DNA of 59,346 nucleotides, filler included, from Sphacelaria rigidula (Eukaryota): assembly GCA_964200075.2 (NCBI GenBank). It is 5 parts of 5 records of this genome, joined end to end, with 100 filler letters (N's around TTAATTAATTAA, not from the genome) between each part and the next. Parts side by side here need not be neighbours in the genome. Positions count along the whole stretch, not along the records: positions 1 to 11,791 come from CAXNAA020004495.1; positions 11,892 to 23,680 come from CAXNAA020004496.1; 3 more parts are not named here. One strand, written 5' to 3'. The position numbers and the translations under genes are program-made. The notes below the pieces were generated by a model. The model did not search any database. It saw only the letters and a list, made by a program, of their open reading frames with translations, and was not told the DNA's origin. Below, one piece after another: positions 1-12,330 of the stretch (the stretch's first letter is position 1; each line of letters begins with the position of its first letter).

Positions 1-1255
1 CGAGCACAACGAGCAGCTGGGAATTCGCATGAATGGGTTCGTTCTCGCCAATGTTGCCAATATGAGGCGCTTCATGCAGCCTGAACCCAAACATCTGGCG
101 TGGTATGACCATTTTTTTCGTTACACTTTTGGGCTGATTTTGGAAGGGGGCTATCGTAGAAAGTTTCTAATGTGCTGAAAAAATATAATAATAATAATAA
201 TAAATAAAGATACGATGCTTTCACCCCTAGCGTGAGCGCTGGTAAATGCTAATGAACCGGTTGATGAGTCGGACACGTTTCCAACACGCGCATATCACAA
301 CCATGGGATATTATAATCCCGGCCCTTCTTTCCCCCATCGTCGCTGGAGATATTCCCTCTACATATCTCGCTCACAACTGCGCAGAGCGTCTGTTTTCGA
401 CCCTTCCGGTAAAAGTGAGGCAAGCAGCTCAGACCAAAAAAAGGGACTGAGAATAGAAATGACGTGGGCCAGTCAGTTAATACGTTTTTCTGACCTCGCC
501 GTACTTCCTCGCCGCTCCAGTTATTTTTTTTCTGCTTGTAATCAAAGACACGTCCTCGACAACCCATGAATGAAAAAGACAAACCGTAACAACCTTTTCA
601 TTTTCTGCTCCCTTTCGCCGTGGACGACACCAGGATCGGCGATAAAAAGGAAAAACAGAAGAAAAAAGAAAGACGCGCCCAGGGCATTGTGTACTGTGGT
701 GCCCCTGAAGCGGCCATTTCACAATGTCGGGGAGATACGCCGGGGTCGACCGGCGTAGTTTTCACTCCACAGGTACAGCAAGAGGGTCATGGTCGTGTGT
801 TAACAGTACAGTAGCTGTTCCCTTCTGAAAAGCCTTGAGCTGCGAAGGAGAGTAGTCATGTTGCAGTGTGTCCATCCATGTGTACTTTCTCTTTCCCCTG
901 GTTCTGTGTGGTCATGTTCATACGGGCCCTTGCTCGTGTCCGATTTGATTTTCGAGCAATGCTACGGTACGTGTGCACTTTTTGCGCGAAATCTTGTCTA
1001 GTTCAGAGGCTCTAATGATTCTAGATGCACAAGAATATGGGTCAGGGCATTCCCGATTGCAAATTCATTCGGGATATCCCCAGCACATTCGAGTAGTAAT
1101 CCTGGCGTACTCTCACATATTTTCGTAAGTCGTGTTCTGCAGGAGATGAAGGGCTCCTAACAATTCTAACGTCAGAAAATATTTTTGCACCCCTACCGTG
1201 GCATCGCTCTTTCTAGTTCCTTCTTACATTCTTCTGGCGTTTTTTTAGTGACAAT

Positions 1256-1452
1256 TGAGGGCGTGTCTTCACACATTATTTTTCGATCGAAAATGTGGGG
1301 TGGAAAAAAGAAAACCCCGAGCTGATGGGTCGTAGTTGCAATCCATCGTCGTTTATTTTAAAGATGGTTGCAATCACGACCTATTATATCCGGATTTTTG
1401 TTTTCCACCGCACTTTTTCGATCGAAAAGTGATGTGCTAGGACACGGCCTCG
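1256..1452. mobile_element. Foldback MITE, Tc1/mariner-like ends
   Basis: The two ~90-nt halves are imperfect reverse complements (GAGGGCGTGTCTTCACACATTATTTTTCGATCGAAAA... / ...TTTTCGATCGAAAAGTGATGTGCTAGGACACGGCCTCG). The right end reads TA-CGAGG on the minus strand, like a mariner terminus. No ORF. Confidence 0.65.
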
Positions 1453-2181
1453 TATATTTTTGACAGTTGGTGACTGACTGACCTCGGCCCGAAAATGGCC
1501 GTATTTCGCCCCTTCTCCGGGAGCACAAAAAATCCCGGTAAAAATGGCGAAACTAAGTATCCAAATACTAAAAACTCTTTGTTTCTAGCTTGCTGCATGT
1601 ACACGGGCTAGCTGCGTCTCGTTCTAAACCACTTTTGTCACGTCATCCCCGCTGTCCATCACAAGATTGGCAAAATTTTGTCGAATTTTGCCTGCAACCA
1701 GGGTCGAAGTGGCCAAAATTAGGTCAATCCTGACCCGAATTTGTCCGCTGTATACATTTCATTTAATTTTTTTTCGTTGGCCTATGAGCATCCCCATAAT
1801 TTCATCTCTTCACCAATCGTAACTACAACATCATAAGCGCCTCCGTTCGGGAGATACGACCTGCATACTCGATAACTCACCCTCTGACCGCACGGTACGT
1901 ATATCGTGTGACCGCGGCTGAATCCGTGGGAGATCAGTTCAAGTGCGACAATCTATCAATCAGTCAATCGATCGATCAAAATGAGACAGGATTTATTAGA
2001 ATGCCGAATAGTGCAGCCAGTCCCTGTGTCTACCCACCACTTTTCTGGAGATGATGTAGTACACGGCAAATAACGCAGGCTACGCACAGAGTAGCCCACC
2101 CCCCTCCCCTCAATTACCCCCGAACTGCTTACAACTATGTGAACATTAGGACAACCGCAGCAACAGCACTACGGCGACGCG

Positions 2182-5100
2182 ATGAACAGCGGCAGCCAGC
2201 AAAGTCACGGCTACCAAGACGGTGACGAGACTAACATCAGCGATAACAGACAGACACACTCGTCCCCCGAGGACCATCGCCGACAACGTCAAGATAACCA
2301 CCAACCGCAGCAACAAAAGCAGCCGCCTTCTAGGAGCATGTCCGGCGCGTCATCGGTGGCGGGAGCGGGGGGGGGGGGGGGGGGGCGGGGGGTTAGGCAG
2401 CGCGGGGCGACGTGGAGAGAGGCCAACGCGGCCGGCGGACCGGCGCGGAGGATGGAAATGGCCATCCCACAAAGCAACCTGAGAGTGTTTGCCTCCGCGG
2501 TTCAGTGCCTCGTGAAGGTGTGCGAAACGAATTCGTGATCGTGGTGTGTCGTAGCTGGGGATACTGAATGCATACATTTTTTTTTCTTGTGTGTTCCGCC
2601 GAAATTTTTTCCTTAGGTCGTGGCAGGTTAGCCTTGGTTAGAAGCCCATTTTTCCGCCGCCCGATGGGTGGGGCCATTGATTGGTGAAAGTACAAACCTT
2701 TTTGTGTTTGGTCGTGTTTGGCTGTGTTTGTGTTCGTTTTTTATTTCGCCGTGACAACGGGGAAATGTTCCAATATTCCATTTTTTTTCGTCTCATTTTG
2801 ATGTTTTTATGGGTGTAATGAAACAAATCCGCGACCCCCCCTCCCCCCCCCCTCTCGAAATAAACACAAAAATATAAGGTTGGGAAGGAGCTCTTTATCG
2901 AAGCTACGGCCGACCAGCTGATTCTTCGTACTTTGAACGACGCCAAGTCTGCCTTTGCCGCCTTCTACTTCAACGATGCCGGAGGATTCTTCGAGAACTT
3001 TAGGCAAGGACACACGCCATAAGAAAATTGATTTGAGTTCTTGTCGCGTGTTAACTCCTTGACTGACGGGGTCGGTCATCTGTTGAATCAGCATCATTTT
3101 CACTCGAAAAATGGGTGCATGACACAAGCGACCTACCCTCGCGGTCAAAGAGTCAAGTGTATATCGATCTATATATACGGAGTATGTACTGTATATTCTG
3201 CTTTTCACCCCTCCCCTTCCTTGGAACATAGTTGTGCGAGGTGGGAGAACCTCAATTCCGCCTAGAGGAGACGATCATACTACGTGGTGTTTAACATGGT
3301 GAGACACCCATGAGGCAATGTGCAAGCCGTAACTGTCGCTGGACGTGACGATACCAGAAAATGAAGCAACTCATTGGAGGCTGTCATCCAAATGCAAGAT
3401 AGTCAGTACGCTTCGGGCAGAACAATATTGGCAAATGCTGCTCGAGCACACCGCGGCATTTAGCGCTTGGTGATCGATTGCGAGCCTGGTCCGGCGAAAA
3501 CCCGGCGTGCTCCGTCCCAGCTTTGTAGAGATGTGAGGTCAACGGTCATTTGACTACAGCATGCAAGATCATGAGCCCCCCCCTCCTCCCTCCCCTTGCT
3601 CGGGACAAACTGTAGTCTCAAGGAATGAACCCATCTCCCTATTACACCCCTTACATAGTGGTATACTGTATCGCGGATTTTGATGAGTGCTCTCGTGCTG
3701 CCGCACTGTGTCGACTTCTTTCAAATTTTCTTTGCTTCTAAGTTGTCAACGGGACGGACATTACGTTATTTTGAAAAACTTTCACCTATTGGATTCGAGT
3801 CCTTAACCTAAATGCAGTAGCTTATTCGTACGATTTCGACCACCAGGGCGCAATGTATGCACTCAATTACACCAGTACACTGGGGGGGGGAGGGTACTCA
3901 TTTGTTTCTTGCCTTAGTCGTTCGACGGTTGACCCCTCATCCTATTCCAGACGGAACAGTTCGCTGGGGGGGAGAGGGGGGGGAGAGGGAAATTACAACA
4001 GCAATAGGGCCAGAGCCAGAAACAAACAGCAGGAAGGAGACCAATCACGGAGAAGTTTTTGTTCTGGGGCCAAAACATAAAGCACTCAGGATGGATGAAA
4101 CAGTCGAACACCTTCTCACTTTTTTTGCCGAAACGTCGGTAACAAATTCATGTTTGTTTGTTTCTTCTCCTTGTCTTGCGACTGCGTCTTGGATCCACGA
4201 GGACGCTTGTTGGGCCCGTTACTGTCCCGCCTAGCCGACGGCTCGCGTATTGTGTTTGTGCTTCGTGATGAAATCATACACAGCTACTACTGTACTGTTG
4301 CTGCTGCTGCGCCGTATACAAAGATGATGCAGAATTTGAGAAGGGTTTTCATGCCAGACAGACACACCGATAAAGACCAGGAGAACCAGAACAACAGTAA
4401 TGGCAGTACAGTGGACGAGCGCTCCACCTCACCGTGCGCCTTCGAAGTGTGAGATCCCACTACAATGTGGTCAAAATCACTTCTCTCAAGTACGAACCGC
4501 TACATTGAAATCAAGTTTTATAGTTGCACTATACTTCGTACGGTAAGTATAGTGCGGGGTCCCCATATTGTGCAGTCATACGGGGCTGGCTACCCACCGC
4601 TCGGTGCTGAGATGCCTACTGCTGTAGCCCACAGAGTACAACCTCGCGACCAACACAAAAATAACTTACACATATCATAAGAGGCTCTTTTCTTGTTCTT
4701 TGGTTGGTCAGCAGATGTGACACATCGTCGAGGTCGGGCGACGGTCGTTCCCAGGACGGTTGCGACACCACGCAGGGGTCGGCGGCCGGGGGGGGAGGAG
4801 GGGGGAGCGTCAGCTGCAAGGTCCCGGTTCGAGCTGTGCACAGTATTTTCAGGACGTTAAAGAAGGTTGTTCGGCTGGTGGTGTACATGGAGGGGGAGGA
4901 CGAGGATCACATCGAGCCCAACTTGGTGTTTCAGATGTATTGTGAATACGGTAGGTTTCGGTTTGTTGCTGTTTCGTGTGTGTTTGTGGAGGGGACTGAG
5001 ATCTGCTTTTTCTCACTGTACAAACTACGCAAGTACGCGGGTTCACTTGGATGATGGGTTGATCTTTTTGGCGGCGGCAGGCGGGCGGGTAGGGGCGTCT

Positions 5101-8100
5101 GCACGTTCTTTTTATTCGGCGTGGTTCCAATCCTCCTCCCTCCTCCCCCTATTCCGGCGAGAACCTGGCGCTCCTTACTGACTTCGTAGGGATGCGAGGT
5201 CAACGGTCGTATGATGGCGGCATGCAAAATCATGAGTATACCCACGAATTAGGAACGGTGCTCGGTCTCGAAAGGAATGCGTGGTCAATGTTCAAATGAC
5301 GAAGGCAAGCAACAAATGAGTACGCCCCCCTCCCCCCCTGGCCTCTAATGCTCGGGACAAGTCGGTAGCCTAAAGAGATCAACCCGTCTCCCCCCTGGTA
5401 CCTACGTGACGTTTTGTTGGAGCGGATTGGATCATGACTATCAGTACTCCCCTCCTGTACTGCATTGACCCGTACAAATGCCGTTGTTCTGCTGCTCACG
5501 TTCCCACGATTTCGAGGACGAAAATCAGACATTTCCCAGACAATGAGAGAAAAAAAGACCACATGCACCTGCCAGGATTCGAACCCGCAATCTCCCGACC
5601 TAACTGGTTCTTGGCCGTGCCATTTTAATTTAGATCGCCGGAGCGGAGCTAGAACCTTGATCGCTGTTTACAATGGTGTTTTCCCTAACGCTTCGCAATC
5701 ATCAATTGGGGTACTGGTTGAGCATGGCGCTGATTTTGTTGATGATTGTCATCATCGGTTTGGAAAAAATAATGAAAATCAATATAAAAAATATACGTGA
5801 AAAAAAAAAACAGGATACCGCAAGGTGCACCGATTTTCTCTTCAAGATTGCGAGATCATGCACGCGGTGTTCGAGGGAGAGGGGGCGTCTCGGCTGTCGT
5901 GCCCGCCCGTCCAGCTGTCTCAGCTGCTGGAGCATATCCACGGAACGGCGGAGGTGGCGGTGGGGGCTTCACATGACGTCCTGACCGTTCGCAGCTTCCA
6001 CCATCCGGTGCGTTAGCAGATACTATTTTTGGTTGCTTGTCGTGGTGTCTGTGATAATGTGTGTTTCTTCGGAATTACATTTTACGACGGCGGTGACAAC
6101 GGTAGCAATAACTGCCTCATACGGAAAAAAAACAACAGTTCCATGTTTTTCTCAATGCACAGCGAGCGGTGCATGAGATGGATCTGAGGAGGCGCAACAT
6201 TGTGTAAAATTTCGTGCGTTTTTTTTATTTCTCGTTTTTTTTTTTTTTTACGAGACTTACTTCAGTTTTTTTCGTTCACTTGCTTTTGCGTACCGTACGC
6301 TTTCCTTCGCGTTGAGTTCACCTTGCTGCCTCTCGTTTTCTCCCTTTTTATCACACGCGGGCACATGCCACGTAGCGCCGGAATGCACTCGAAACGAAAG
6401 GACTTCTGAATGCCCCCCCCGCCCCCCCCGTTCCCAATAACACCACCACCCCGCCCGGCCGTCGTTCATTACGTACGGTTCAGTTGACGGGATCGGCGGA
6501 ACGAGCAGTGCTGAAGACGGAAATGAGTATCAGTACTGCGGAGTTTGACACGTACAGGTGAGGACTACTTCATTCAATTCCGCAGGTCCGCGGTGTTTGC
6601 GCCTCAGATCGCATAGCGCTGTGCATCGAAAACACACGCGACCCTTTTTTTGTTAATGTTGCGGTTGTTGTTGTTGTCCTCGTCATCATCATCTTGGTGT
6701 TGCGGTTGCGTTGGCGAAAAACACACAAAAATGGGGATATGAAATCACGAGTTGACGAGGTTGTGGCCGCCGGCCGCCGGCGGCCTGCCCAAACGTTGCC
6801 GTACACAAGCTGTGCACGGGGGTCCCGTCTCTCTTGCCTGACATTCACAAGGGGCATACACGTGTATCTGGCGCAGCGGTTTCGCCACTTTTGAAGGTGG
6901 TCCCTTTCCCGGCGGGCCTACAGCGGTGGAGAATGACTTGCACCCTTACTCCTGCGGTAGGTATCGCTGAAGCCACTCCCAAGGCTGAGTCTTTCTTGAA
7001 GGCGATCAATTTTTCGCGCCCTGGACAAAAGATTTCGTCGTCAAAAAGCGTAGCACGTACAGTATCGGCTTTTTGCGTCTATTGCAACAGACAAAAGATT
7101 CCATCCTGTGCGCAGTAGATTTTTTTTTGGCAAATGTAATCCATTGTCATTGTCAAGGGCGCGCAATTTTTGCTTGCGCTACAGAATGCGGCATGTAAGT
7201 GGGTCCCCTTCGGCGCGTACGTAGTATGTGGGAAACACCAACTCTCGAGCACGTAAGATGGGAGCAACGACCTTTTTGACGTGAATGTGAGAAAGTCTCG
7301 TTCATGTGCGTCGCCGGTCGTTCTTCCTTCGGCTATTTCATTCTCACTTCCTGTGTTTTCAGATTTTGCGGTGCGGACGATGAGGAGGTCGAGCTGGTGT
7401 TCAGTCTCAAGGAAATAAAGGTTAGTCAGCGGAGCATACGGATTGTTGCCAACGCAGACCTGTGCGGTTTTCAGAGAACAGGGGGGGGTAACAAAGTAGA
7501 GTGAGTGGGAGTGGGGGAGTTGCTCATGTCAACGTGTATGCCGTATCGTGTCGAACGTTGCGCTATACACCCCGCAATTGCTCCAAAAGTATTTGTCCTT
7601 AATGGAGACGTGTCGATGTGATATCCACTTCGAACATCTCGTTTTTCCTTTTCTCTCATCCCTGTCCCTTCTGTAGGCGGTCATGGCATCAGTGGTATTG
7701 TTTATGGACTCAATCTCTCTGTTGGCTCGCTGCTCCCTGTTTCCCGCGTTCTCTTGCCCCTTTGCCTCGGCAGTCTCTCCTCCACTTCTGCGACACGACG
7801 GAGGCCCAAAGCTTGGAGATCCTGTTCCGGGAAGGAGGGGACCCACTTCTGTTCCAGAGCCATTCCAAGGCCTTTGCCGCAGAGCTAATCATGGCCACCA
7901 TGGAGGTACGAAGTTGCACCATACTGTTGTGTGAGCATCATCGAGCGCACACCATCGGTTTCCAGATACTTCGTGGGCTACCTGTAGGTGTCATTAGTAG
8001 TTCTGGACTTCGTAGCTGTCTGTAGGGGTTGATGACGATTGTGACAGAAGTAATGATTGTGCTTTGAATTCGTTGCCCCCCCCTCCCCCCCCCGCACGCG

Positions 8101-9559
8101 TGTTTCTTCTCGTTCCTGCGCCTCGCCCACAACCAACATCAGCCGAGAATCGTTCGCAAGGAAGAAGATCAACGCCCCGCCCAGCAACCTGCGAGAACAA
8201 GCAGCAACGACAGAGGTGCGGCGGCGGCGGCGGGCGGCCCATCTGTGTCTCACGGGTCGGCGGGCAATCAGCAGAGCGCTCCTGGGGGAGAAGGAAGAGG
8301 AAGCAGTGGTGGTGGTGCGGCGGATAATTGGGAACAGGTACGGTGGATTGCGTTGTATTTGGTGAGCTGGGGATGTGATGGTTGTGATGCGGTGGGCAGG
8401 GCTTGCAATGTGCATTTCGTTGCTATCTCTGTTGAACATGAGACTGACTCAAGTCGGGGAGAGATGACCACGTGACGGCGCGAAGGGCGCCACAGCATAC
8501 CGTGTGTTTTCAGAGTACGGTCTGGCGCTTCTCTCATGATTTGCGTACGCACATCGGTTGTCCTCTAAACCATCATTTAGCTTGTACTCTCGCACCACCC
8601 GCCCCCGCACTCCCACACCCTTTCCAATCGAAAACCTCATGTATCAGGAACGCGGAGGGGGGCCTCCAGAGGGCCGTGATGAGGACTATGATCCACAATA
8701 CGAACATCACGGAGACCAGGAACAACACAGGGCCCAGAACGGCAGACGGATAGGAGAGCGTCCCCGAAAACGTTCCCGAGATCCTCGGGAGCAAGAGGAC
8801 GAGCCGCAAGGGCAAAATATTGGGGGAGATAATGGAATTCTTCAGGGAGGGGTGGTCGTGGGTAGAAGGAGGCACCCGAATGCCGTGGAAGACGACCAGG
8901 ACTCGGAGTCCACACGGTCACCGGGTTCCGCCTCCGGCGACAATCCGATCTTGGATGGCAATCTTGATGAGCGACAGGAGTGGGAGGGTGAGGTGCGTTC
9001 GAGAAGAAGACGGAAAGGCTTTGCCGATGATGATAATAACAACGATCATGGTAATGGCGATGGCCAAAGCAATGGGAGTGACAACATTAGCATTAGCGGG
9101 AGGAGGAGGGGAAGGAGCTCTAGTCGTCGGCGAGAAGAAGAGCGGGGACCTGGAGGCCGGTTGGAGCGGGACTTGGATCCACAAGCTGTTGGCGATGGTG
9201 GTGGTGGTGGTAGTGGTGGCAGCGGCGGTGTTGATGAATATGGGGACGGCGAGCAGTATGGTGACGCTGATCATGATGATGGTCGCGAGAGAACGGGAAA
9301 TCGACACTCAGAGCTACCGACCCAGTTTCCAGGACTGAGGGCGGCATTCGACTCCGCGCCGAGCAGTCAGCACTCGTCCGCTAATCTCCTTGCCGTTGTA
9401 GATGAACGAGAGAAACTATCCACTGGCGGGGGAATCGGGACTGACGATGGGGGCTGGGGAATACGAGACACTGGGAGTAGAAGCAGAAAACGTCGATACG
9501 TCCAGGAGGATGAGGAGGAGGAAGAGGAGGATAGGCCAAATAGCGATTTGCGTCTTTGA
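2182..9559 (+). CDS. RAD9: Cell-cycle checkpoint clamp subunit Rad9 (9-1-1 complex), 9 exons
   Basis: Phase-consistent exons: 2182 (or ATG 2452)-2517, 2879-3003, 4715-4950, 5814-6007, 6484-6557, 7363-7420, 7774-7905, 8143-8337, 8648-9559. Spliced protein MEMAIPQSNLRVFASAVQCLVKVGKELFIEATADQLILRTLNDAKSAFAAFYF...VSCKVPVRAVHSIFR...LVFQMYCEYGYRKVHRFSLQDCEIMHAVF...LKTEMSISTAEFDTY...VELVFSLKEIKSLLHFCD...LEILFREGGDPLLF...AELIMATME follows the Rad9 PCNA-like domain as I recall it (human IGDELYLE, LRTVNSSRSAYACF, HNLSFQDCE, ITFCLKEFRGLLSF, FVLATL), followed by a disordered tail. Start codon uncertain. Confidence 0.9.
3230..3650 (+). repeat. Dispersed repeat family A (non-coding, unclassified), intronic copy
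   Basis: Core CCTGGTCCGGCGAAAACCCGGCGTGCTCCGTCCCAGCTTTGTAGAGATGTGAGGTCAACGGTC. About 330 nt is colinear with the reverse complement of 31950-32320 and 23920-24205. Confidence 0.8.
5150..5400 (+). repeat. Family A fragment
   Basis: CCGGCGAGAACCTGGCG...GTAGGGATGCGAGGTCAACGGTCGTATG and CTCGGGACAAGTCGGTAGCC...AACCCGTCTCCC match 3490-3640. Confidence 0.7.
5500..5645 (-). mobile_element. tRNA-derived SINE-like remnant (second type)
   Basis: Perfect Pol III B box GGTTCGAATCC on the minus strand (~5575-5585), with a degenerate A box and no cloverleaf. A similar B box and T-rich context occurs at ~23280-23320. Confidence 0.35.
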
Positions 9560-10029
9560 AGCCGAGTAGGGTGTAGAGCCGGTAGAGGTGTGTTAGGATT
9601 CCTTGCGGGGGGCGGTGCGGGAGGCTGTCGCGTTCTTGGCAATGTTATTTCTGTGTGGATGCGCGTGAATCGTGATAATTATCTCTGGTGTTTGTGACGA
9701 GCTGTTCGGTGTTCAGTAGGGCGTTGGCAGGATCGTGGTGGGTGTGCTCGAATTTGTCTCGCTGTACGCTGGGGAGAAGGCGTACCGTTTCACATGTGCG
9801 TTGTTGATATTGAAGTACTACTTGTACTGTCGCGTGTGCGAGCTATGTGAGCCTTTGTTGGAATCGTGTTTACACCGTTTGTAGTTTTCATATCGTCACC
9901 TACCTTCAGGATGTGTAGTGTTTATGGGCATGTGACAAAATGCGACCATAACGTTGGCACAAAACATGACAGACAACGACAATAACGTGTAACAGCCACA
10001 CAGCTCAAGGCCGAAGTTCATAAGCGTAG

Positions 10030-10220
10030 AGAGGCGCGTGCACGTTCCCGAGTTGGCAGAGGGTTCTAGTGGATTCGACCCCACACTTGCCTTACGCTTT
10101 CCGAACGCTCGAGGCGCCTACCCCAGGTGACCTCCGCGAGGCGGTCTAGCCGAGCCTTCGGGTAATCGGCACACGAACCCGCTTGCGAGGTAAGTGTTGG
10201 GGGAGGTTTCGTCCTTTCTT
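10030..10220 (+). other. Structured-RNA-like module, homologous to 23824-23915
   Basis: Both copies share GGCGCGTGCAC, GGGTTMTAGTGGAWTC, CCACACT and AGCCGAGCCTTCGGGTRATCG. Several hairpins, one with a C(UUCG)G loop. Confidence 0.5.
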
Positions 10221-10730
10221 CGAGGACAAGAAAAAAGCAGAGAAGTGCTGTCTACAGTCGTAACATGAGAGACAATGGGGTCAACGTGCAAGAACATGGA
10301 AGCCATCGGCGATGAGTCCAGAACGGCTAGATCAGGTAGAACTCCTTATCGCTAGACCAGGGGGACTCGATGTTAAAACGCGTTGGTAGGCCTGCGCTAG
10401 CGGCCGAGCACCGGACCGGACCATTTCACGGAATCAAGAGGCGGTCAAGAAAGGTGTCTGTGTGCTTCCCCCACCCCTCGAGCTGTGGAAGGGCGTGTTT
10501 GTGCATGAAAGTGGCTGTTGAGAGGGCGTCCGTCCAGCGTGTCCAACAGGTGCCAAGGTAGGTGATCATGACCGATTGCTTCTTGATTTCTGTCCGCGGA
10601 GCACCAGGACATTATTACGTGTACACCGCCTTTATCACCTAGCAGCAATACAGACAAGCCTTGGGGGTGCAGTGTGGCCCAGGTTATGGTCCTGGTTCAG
10701 GCAGCAATTATCTCCTTGGACAACAACTGA

Positions 10731-11249
10731 CAGTAGTGGGCGGTCTAACTGTTCCGGGGTGTTTCGGGGTTTTCCTCGTGTACTGCTCTTCGATAGAACT
10801 CAAAATTTTTAGCTTCGGTAGATTCTGGTACACCAAAACAGATCATTTTCGAAACACAGTGCCCAAGTCAATGTTACTTGGTGTTATGGGGCGAAACGAG
10901 TAAATACCCCGTTCATCAGGAGGGTGTTATTGACCGTGAAACATAGTTCGCCCCTAGCGCACTCAGTAGGCAAAATAAAATAAAAACTGCACATTTCTCT
11001 GCAAGTATGATCGGGACGGGCTCGATCGACCGATAATACAAAATAGTAAGAATCTGGGCTGAAACATGGAAGGACCCTCGATGACCGGTCAGCCCGTAAG
11101 TCACTCAATATTGAGTACAGATGATTTTTTCTTCTTGGAATGTAGAGCGGATACAAATATTTTCAGATTCCCGATGCGATGAGGGGTGGCGAGCGAAAAG
11201 CGCCCAAGAAAATCGCCACAAAATTTAACAGTTAGACCGCCCACTACGG
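10731..11249. mobile_element. Non-autonomous TIR element (pogo/Tc1-like MITE)
   Basis: Perfect 21-bp inverted repeat GTAGTGGGCGGTCTAACTGTT (10733-10753) / AACAGTTAGACCGCCCACTAC (11227-11247). Left end begins CAGTAG; the right end is followed by TA. Confidence 0.7.
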
Positions 11250-11791
11250 TAGATCCATCAATATCAACACTGGCTTTTCGGACATATCTCGAGTTTTTCG
11301 TTACTCGAACGCTTGCGAGCGCCACGACGTACATACACACAGGGCAGCTGTGAAAGTGTGGCATTTATTTGGTCAAGGAAACTTTTCTTGGAGAACGCGC
11401 TCTGGACAGGGGGATGTGTATAACTTCTTGTATTAAACTCTTATAACCTTCACTCACCAAACATCAACCGTGCAAGCTCCACCCGAGCTGCTCTCCCACC
11501 CAAAATGCAATGCCAAAATGCACTGAACATGGAAAAACCGGGGGGCGAGGACCATCTGCTGGGTTCCCTTATATCGTATACATCCAGTCATAACACACGT
11601 GGACAAATAGCACCCTGTGGGGCACGTCTACAGGGTTCAGGGAAACTGAGCAGTATTTCTCGCGGGGATCTGGCTGCGGTTTGTTTTTTGGGCAATTGCC
11701 TAGAAAAGGTATACCTTCTCGTTTTTTGCCTAGAACAGCCAATCATCTATGTTGAGGATGGTGCTTTTGATTGAGGATGAGAACCCGGAGG

Positions 11792-11891
11792 NNNNNNNNN
11801 NNNNNNNNNNNNNNNNNNNNNNNNNNNNNNNNNNNTTAATTAATTAANNNNNNNNNNNNNNNNNNNNNNNNNNNNNNNNNNNNNNNNNNNN
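11792..11891. other. Artificial scaffold linker 1
   Basis: 44 N + TTAATTAATTAA (stops in all six frames) + 44 N. Confidence 0.98.
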
Positions 11892-12064
11892 TCGGGTGTT
11901 GCGTGAGAAGGGGGGGGCGGTGTGTTTTTGCCTGGTGTTTTGTTTTTGCGCCCGCCTGCCCCGGGGGGGGGGGGGGGGGGGGGGGGGAAGGGGGGTAAAT
12001 CGCACTCCAGTCTGTAAGGTCCCTTGGCTGTCGCACAAGAAGTGATTGATCCCCGAAGGATCCA

Positions 12065-12330
12065 GCGGAGGTCATTATCCACAAATAGACGTACCCGAAG
12101 TGAACAAAACGGAAACTCTCGCTAAGAGAAACTCGACAAAGGGAAAAAACACCGAAAAGGGAAGGGGGGGTAGAACTAATTGTGCAAACTGAACAAAAAC
12201 CAAAGGCAAAAGAGAATAGAGAAACAATACAAACAGGAAACGGAAAGGAGGGAAAAGAAAAAAAAAATGCGAGCAAGAGGCTGTTTTGAGATTAAAAAAG
12301 GCCAGCGAGAAATCGCGGCCTAACTGATCT
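12065..12330. repeat. Dispersed repeat family B, copy 1
   Basis: GTCATTATCCACAAATAGACGTACCCGAAGTGAACAAAACGGAAACTCTCGCTAAGAGAAACTCG matches 14925-14997. Both copies continue into A/G-rich tracts ending near TCGCGGC-TRACT. Confidence 0.65.

Noticed and set aside
246..814. Possible terminal exons of an upstream plus-strand gene
   Set aside because: Splice-like sites exist, but there is no recognisable protein similarity.
10305..10335. Hammerhead-like GATGAGTCC
   Set aside because: Lacks the CUGA core and the downstream GAAA and stems.
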